This document shows positions 59,110 to 64,000 of a DNA stretch of 64,000 bases, one piece after another; position 1 is the first letter of the stretch, and the number at the start of each line of letters is the position of its first letter. Origin of the DNA: Myxococcota bacterium (GTDB lineage: Bacteria; Myxococcota_A; UBA9160; UBA6930). The stretch covers positions 1,696,001 to 1,760,000 of the forward strand of contig OZ245002.1 in NCBI GenBank assembly GCA_965223415.1, written 5' to 3'. Made by a program: the position numbers and the translations under genes. Under the pieces are notes generated by a model. The model searched no databases, was not told the DNA's origin, and saw nothing but the letters and a program-made list of their open reading frames with translations.

Positions 59110-59931
59110 ATGTCCGACGACTTCGTCCTGAACGCCACTCTCGACGCCGAGATCGCCTCGGCGGCCGACCTGCTCAGCGGAGCGGCTCGGGTGGTGGCGC
59201 TGACCGGCGCCGGCCTCTCGGTGGAGAGCGGTATCCCGCCCTTCCGCGGGCCCGGGGGCCTCTGGACGAAGTACGGCGAGCCGCCGATGGACGGCTACCA
59301 GCGCTTCCTGGCCGATCCGGCCAAGGCCTGGCGCGAGCGGCTGAACCCGACCGAGAGCTGGGCCAGGGGGCTACACGAAACCCTGGGCCGAGCCAAGCCG
59401 AACCTGGGACACGTCTCGATGGCGGGCCTCGAGGAGCTCGGCGTGCTGACGGCGACGATCACCCAGAACGTCGACGACCTGCATCGTCAGGCGGGCAGCC
59501 GTTCGCTCCTCGAGATCCACGGCAACCACGTGCTGCTGCGCTGCATGGAGTGCCACCACCGCTACGAGCCGGGGAAGGTCCGGGTCGATCCCGAGGCGCT
59601 GCCCCCGCTCTGCGTGCGCTGCGGCGGCATCCTCAAGGGCGATACCGTGCAGTTCGGCGAGCCGATCCCGCCGGACGTGCTGCGCGGGTGCTACGAGGCG
59701 GTCTCCGGTTGCGACTGCATGCTCGTGGTCGGCACCTCGGCGACGGTGTATCCGGCGGCCGAGTTTCCGATGGAGGTGCTGCGCCGCGGCGGCGCCATCG
59801 TCGAGGTGAATCCCTACGAGAGCGAGCTCACGCCCGTCGCCACCGTCTCGTTGCGGGGGCCGGGCGGCGCGATCCTCGAGCGACTGCTCCACCATGCCCG
59901 GGCGCGCCAGCCACGCGAGGCAACCGCATGA
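59110..59931 (+). CDS. NAD-dependent protein deacylase (CobB-like sirtuin)
   Basis: GAGLSVESGIPPFRG, TQNVDDLH, HG, two CxxC, FGE, GTS..VYPA. Confidence 0.92.
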   Translation: MSDDFVLNATLDAEIASAADLLSGAARVVALTGAGLSVESGIPPFRGPGGLWTKYGEPPMDGYQRFLADPAKAWRERLNPTESWARGLHETLGRAKPNLGHVSMAGLEELGVLTATITQNVDDLHRQAGSRSLLEIHGNHVLLRCMECHHRYEPGKVRVDPEALPPLCVRCGGILKGDTVQFGEPIPPDVLRGCYEAVSGCDCMLVVGTSATVYPAAEFPMEVLRRGGAIVEVNPYESELTPVATVSLRGPGGAILERLLHHARARQPREATA

Positions 59932-60812
59932 GTCGAGACGGCTTCGACGACGAGCCGACCCGCGGGCGGGGAATCGGCGGCTTCATCCGGAGCCTGCTCT
60001 CGGGGATCCCGTGGAGCGAGCGGGCCGAGGAGAGCGAGACGCTCCGCTTGGAAACGCCCCCGCTGATGCGCCTGCGGGTGGACAACGCCAACGGTCGCAC
60101 CCAGGTGATCGGGGAGGATCGGGGCGACCTCGAGATCGAGGTGACCAAGACGGCCCGCGCCGATTCCGAGGCCGGCGCGCGGAAGCTGGTGGAGGACATC
60201 CGGCTGGTCACGCGAGAGGACGCCCAGGGCGTGCTCGAGATCGAGGTGGACATCCCGGGCCGCTGGAACCGCCAGGGGCGCGCGGACCTGAAGCTGCGCG
60301 TGCCGCGGGAGCTGTGGGTGGCGGTGCAAGCGGCGAACGGCCGTATCTGCCTCGAGGGCCTGCGCGCCAAGGTGCGAGCGCGCTCCAGCAACGGCCCGGT
60401 CCGCGCCAGCGACATGGTGGGCGACATGGACCTCCAGGCCATGAACGCCAAGGTGCAGACCCGCTGCACCTGCGGGCGGCTCCTGGCACGCTCGAGCAAT
60501 GGCAAGATCCAGGTCGAGGAGCACAAGGGCACCGTCGACGCCTCGACCACGAACGGCACGGTGACCTGCGAGATCGAGGAGCTCGGCAAGGAGGGCGTCA
60601 CCCTCGTGACGAGCAACGGACGCATCTCCCTCGATCTGCCGGAGAACGCGGACGGCGACCTCGACGTGCGGGTCGACAACGGCTTGATCCGCACCTCCCG
60701 CGATCTCCCCGGCACGAGCCCCGAACGCAGCGGCCGCCTCAAGGCCACCCTCGGCCAGGGCGGCACCCCCATCCGCCTCCGCGCCAGCAACGGAACCATC
60801 ACCGTCCGCTAA
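59928..60812 (+). CDS. DUF4097-like beta-strand-repeat protein
   Basis: Repeated (S/T)xNG units: NANG, AANG, SSNG, TTNG, TSNG, ASNG. Confidence 0.8.
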   Translation: MSRDGFDDEPTRGRGIGGFIRSLLSGIPWSERAEESETLRLETPPLMRLRVDNANGRTQVIGEDRGDLEIEVTKTARADSEAGARKLVEDIRLVTREDAQGVLEIEVDIPGRWNRQGRADLKLRVPRELWVAVQAANGRICLEGLRAKVRARSSNGPVRASDMVGDMDLQAMNAKVQTRCTCGRLLARSSNGKIQVEEHKGTVDASTTNGTVTCEIEELGKEGVTLVTSNGRISLDLPENADGDLDVRVDNGLIRTSRDLPGTSPERSGRLKATLGQGGTPIRLRASNGTITVR

Positions 60813-60813
60813 C

Positions 60814-60855
60814 CGTTGCGTCGGGGCCGGTTCAACCGGCCGCTAACGCAATACG
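60814..60855. terminator. Hairpin at a convergent gene junction
   Basis: TTGCGT...GGCCGGTT-C-AACCGGCC...ACGCAA. Confidence 0.4.
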
Positions 60856-61331
60856 TGGATCTCGGGCTCGAGGTGGGTGCCGGTGACGGTCAGGTGGCCG
60901 ACGGAGCGGGTGCGACCGGGAGCGGGGGGGCCGGCGTAGCCGGGGTTGAAGTGGAGGCGGTCGCCGTGGCGTTCGACCAGCGCTTCGTGGGTGTGGCCGT
61001 AGACGAGGGCGTGGGGGCGCCAGGTGTCCAGCTCGGCGGCGACGCGAGGATGGATGCGACCGAAGTTGTCGTACCAGTGGCAGAGGAGGATGCGCGCCGG
61101 GCCCAGCTCGACCCGTTGCTCCCACGGGTAGCGGTGGGTGAGCTCCGGATCGCCGTTGCCGACGACGGCGACGACCGGGGCCAGGGCGCGCAGTGCCTCG
61201 AGCAGGGCCTCATCCCCGACGTCGCCCGCGTGGAGGATGACGTCGGAGCCCTCCAGGGCCGCGCACACGTCGGGAGCGAGCACGCCGTGGGTATCGGCGA
61301 CGATGCCCACCCGGGGCGAAGGCCCGCTCAT
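60843..61331 (-). CDS. YfcE/Vps29-like metallophosphoesterase
   Basis: ADTHG, HAGD, GNGD, GHTH, NPG. Confidence 0.9.
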   Translation of the reverse strand: MSGPSPRVGIVADTHGVLAPDVCAALEGSDVILHAGDVGDEALLEALRALAPVVAVVGNGDPELTHRYPWEQRVELGPARILLCHWYDNFGRIHPRVAAELDTWRPHALVYGHTHEALVERHGDRLHFNPGYAGPPAPGRTRSVGHLTVTGTHLEPEIHVLR

Positions 61332-62371
61332 CGCCCGACGGGTCGTCGCAGGCGCGCGCCCCCGTGCAGGAAGACGACGGCAGAGGGCTGGATCTCGCCG
61401 ACCACGAGCACGCCCACGGCGTCGCCCTCCTGCAGCTCGAGCGGCTCCGGAAAGCCCTCCACCTCGACGCGAGCGCTGCGCCGCGCCGGATCCGGATGCC
61501 AGACAGTGCGCTCGACGGTCACCCGGGGTGCAGGCGGCACGCTCGCGACCCGCTTCGGCGACGGCTTCGGCTTCGCCTTGGGGGGTGCCGGAGCGGCGGG
61601 CTGCGGAGCCGGCGGCGCGGGACGCGCGAGCACCTCGGGCTCGGGCTGCGACTCCGCCACGGGAGGCCGTGTGGCAACGCTTGGCGGGGGCGCAGGCCGG
61701 GCAAGGGGTTCCGCCTCCGCGACGGGCGGGGGCGCAGGCCGGGCAAGGGGCTCCGCCTCCGCGACGGGCGGGGGCGCAGGCCGGGCAAGGGGCTCCGCCT
61801 CCACGACGGGCGGGGGCGCAGGCCGGGCGAGGGGCTCCGCCTCCGCGGCCGGAGGCGGCCCAGGCCGCGCGAGGGGCTCCCGCTCGGCGACCGGAGGCGG
61901 GGGCAACAGGTCGCTGGCGAGCGCGAGATCGTCGGCGGCCTCGCGCGAGGGCCCGGGCGAAGGAGCCGGTCTGGCCAGGGGCTCCGACGGCGGCTGGCCG
62001 GGAGCCGCTCCGGGCGGCGGCACGACGGGACCGGCCGTGGCCAGCTCCTCTTCCGGCTGGACCGCAGAGGCCGGCGGCCCCGCCGGCGGCTCGACGGGAC
62101 CCGCCGCCTCGGCCGGCTCCACCGCTACCTCCGGCTCGCCTCCGGTCGGGGTCCACAGCCAGGCGAGGAGCAGGGTGAGGGCCACGGCGGCGGCCCCAGC
62201 CAGGGCGCCGCGCCACGGCAGGCGGCGCCGGATGCCGGCTGCCGGGACGCGGTCGCCGGGCTCTCGCGGCGGCCCGCCTTCGCTGGGCGTCCCCGGCTCC
62301 GCCGGTGCATCGGAGCGGCCATGTCGCTCGTCCTCTTCGACCTTCTGGAGCGCCTTCAGGATCGTGCTCAC
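61328..62371 (-). CDS. GspB/ExeB-like protein (single TM, Pro-rich linker)
   Basis: STILKALQKVE start, TM segment, Pro-rich repeats, C-terminal LQEGD...VGEIQPSAVVF; downstream of exeA. Confidence 0.75.
   Translation of the reverse strand: MSTILKALQKVEEDERHGRSDAPAEPGTPSEGGPPREPGDRVPAAGIRRRLPWRGALAGAAAVALTLLLAWLWTPTGGEPEVAVEPAEAAGPVEPPAGPPASAVQPEEELATAGPVVPPPGAAPGQPPSEPLARPAPSPGPSREAADDLALASDLLPPPPVAEREPLARPGPPPAAEAEPLARPAPPPVVEAEPLARPAPPPVAEAEPLARPAPPPVAEAEPLARPAPPPSVATRPPVAESQPEPEVLARPAPPAPQPAAPAPPKAKPKPSPKRVASVPPAPRVTVERTVWHPDPARRSARVEVEGFPEPLELQEGDAVGVLVVGEIQPSAVVFLHGGARLRRPVGR
61683..61902 (-). repeat. About five tandem 42-bp coding repeats (AEAEPLARPAPPPV)
   Basis: Direct repeats visible in both DNA and protein. 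Confidence 0.85.
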
Positions 62372-64000
62372 GAGGAGCCTTTCGGAGCCTCGGGCGCCAG
62401 GCCTGGGACCGCATAGCCGGGCAGCTCCCGATAGAGCTGGATCTTCGTGACCGGACCGACGGTGCCATCGACACCTAGCTCCAGGCGCTCCTGCAATGCG
62501 CGGACGCCGGCGATGGTGTTCGCGTCATAGTGCCCGGACGTCGCGTCGCTGAGCAGGCCCAGGTGGGTGAGCGCCCACTGAAGCCAGCGAACCGGCTCGC
62601 CCTGGGCGCCAGGGCGCATCACCGACGGAAGGCCTTCGAAGTCCCGCCAGGGAACGAAGGCCTCGCCCGTCCAGTGGGCGAGGATCTCCTCGTCGGTAAC
62701 GACCAGAGGGGCCGCGGCCACGCCGTGGAGCCGCGCACCTTCGCCGTCGAGCCCGGTGAGCGCCGCATAACGAGGTGCTCCGTCCAGCGCTTCGAGCACG
62801 AGCAGGGCCGGCAGGTCCAGGGCGCGGAGGGTGGAGAGGCGGGCCTCCCGCAGGTTCAGCAGTGAGAAGCCCTGGGCCCGCAGCGCCTCCACGAGCTCGG
62901 GGAGGGAAAGGACGCCGGCGCCGATCGGCACCTCCTCCCACTGCTCGAGCAGGGCATCCAGGGAGCTGGCCATCGTCACGGCCGGCGAGCTGCGCGCGAG
63001 GGCGCGCCCCATGTCCTGGGCCGGCGGCGGAAGCTCCCCGGGATCGGGGAGGTCGCCCTCCTCCAGCGCCGCGAGCTCGTCCAGCGCAGCCGGGAGCTCC
63101 GCCGGCGGCGCCGACGCGACGGGAGGCAGCGCGTCCGCGGACGGCCCCGGCACTTCGGCCGTGACCTCGGCGGCAGGCGGTGAGGACACCTCCGGCAGGG
63201 CACCGCCGCCGCTGGCCGGCGCGAAGGCGAGCCAGCCGCCGATGGCGATGGTCACGAGCCCCACGCCGGCGGCCACGGGCAGGGCGCCGTCCCGGATCCA
63301 GGTCGGGATGCGCAGCCCCGACAGGCTGGGCAGGCTCGGCAGCCGCGCGGCCGTGCGGCGCGGCTTCGAGCCGGCGCTGGCGCGCACCTCCCGGTCGGTC
63401 TGGGTCACCAGCCCGAGGCCGATCGCCTTGGCCTCGGCGGCGTAGCCGGCCAGCAGGGCACGATCGCACAGCAGGTTGATCACCCGCGGAATACCCCCCG
63501 AGCGGCGGTGGATCTCGCGAAGCGCCAGATCCGTGAACAGCTCCCGGGGCGCGCCGGCGGCGATGCGCAGCCGGTGGCGCACGTAGTCCCGGGTGTCCGT
63601 CGCCGAGAGCGGCTCGAGCCGCCAGCGCACGCTGATGCGCTGACGCAGCTGGCGCAGATCCGGCGATTCGAGCAGCGTGTCCAGCTCGGGCTGCCCGATC
63701 AGCACGATCTGGATCAGCTTGGCGGTGTTCGTCTCCAGGTTCGAGAGCAGCCGCACCTGCTCGAGGGCGTCCCGCTCCATCACCTGGGCCTCGTCGATGA
63801 TCAGCAGCACCTTGCGACCGTCGCGGCGCTTCGCGAGGAGGAAGCGGTTCAGCTGCTCATGGAGCTGACGGCGGTCGAGCCCTTCGAGGGGCAGGCCCAG
63901 CTCGGCGTTGATCGCCTGGAGCAGCTCCAGGCCCGAGAGCTGGGGGTTGAAGATGAAGGCGACCTCGGTGCCCGCCTCCAGGCGGCCGAGCAGGGTCCGG
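62368..64000 (-). CDS. exeA: GspA/ExeA AAA ATPase with a peptidoglycan-binding domain; 5' end outside the window
   Basis: LIIDEAQ, LEQVRLLSNLET, GQPEL, LRQRI, GIPRVINLLCD; C-terminal VRWLQ...VDGTVGPVT. Confidence 0.88.
   Translation of the reverse strand, partial: RTLLGRLEAGTEVAFIFNPQLSGLELLQAINAELGLPLEGLDRRQLHEQLNRFLLAKRRDGRKVLLIIDEAQVMERDALEQVRLLSNLETNTAKLIQIVLIGQPELDTLLESPDLRQLRQRISVRWRLEPLSATDTRDYVRHRLRIAAGAPRELFTDLALREIHRRSGGIPRVINLLCDRALLAGYAAEAKAIGLGLVTQTDREVRASAGSKPRRTAARLPSLPSLSGLRIPTWIRDGALPVAAGVGLVTIAIGGWLAFAPASGGGALPEVSSPPAAEVTAEVPGPSADALPPVASAPPAELPAALDELAALEEGDLPDPGELPPPAQDMGRALARSSPAVTMASSLDALLEQWEEVPIGAGVLSLPELVEALRAQGFSLLNLREARLSTLRALDLPALLVLEALDGAPRYAALTGLDGEGARLHGVAAAPLVVTDEEILAHWTGEAFVPWRDFEGLPSVMRPGAQGEPVRWLQWALTHLGLLSDATSGHYDANTIAGVRALQERLELGVDGTVGPVTKIQLYRELPGYAVPGLAPEAPKGSS

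Noticed and set aside
59110..59931. Sirtuin as an anti-phage SIR2 effector
   Set aside because: It is a stand-alone CobB-like protein with Zn-binding CxxC pairs in a housekeeping context, with no defence partners.

Overview
A high-GC bacterial chromosomal segment. The gene content (sigma54 regulator, GspA/GspB pair, split nuo cluster, Na+-NQR, SelB) suggests a Myxococcota/deltaproteobacterial organism, possibly from a saline habitat; this is inference. Most genes are housekeeping or accessory: map, serS-selB, a complete nqrABCDEF-apbE-nqrM operon, a nuoA-E-F-G-H-J-K-L-M-N cluster lacking nuoB/C/D/I, gpsA, feoAB, a plant-like cystathionine gamma-synthase, ogt, galE, gshB, PBP1A, nth, a sirtuin, a rhomboid and exeAB. 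The most notable signal is a small mobile-palindrome system. An HUH/Y1 (RAYT-like) transposase with a C-terminal HTH is flanked by 31-bp inverted repeats (18137-19129). A perfect 82-bp hairpin made of the same repeat sits about 15 kb away (33974-34055), and a 73-bp hairpin of an unrelated sequence family lies at 10306-10378. Both hairpins abut a CTAG, and deleting either in silico restores two convergent genes whose stops overlap in that CTAG. Other candidates are an alpha-oxoamine-synthase/GNAT fusion next to an output-less sensor, a flippase-sulfatase-fold fusion with Thr at the nucleophile position, a SAM-II-like pseudoknot and a 190-nt hairpin upstream of the Met-pathway gene, and a histone-H1-like protein with a duplicated N-terminal module. 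No rRNA, tRNA or CRISPR array was recognised. All calls are by eye; no database search was run.
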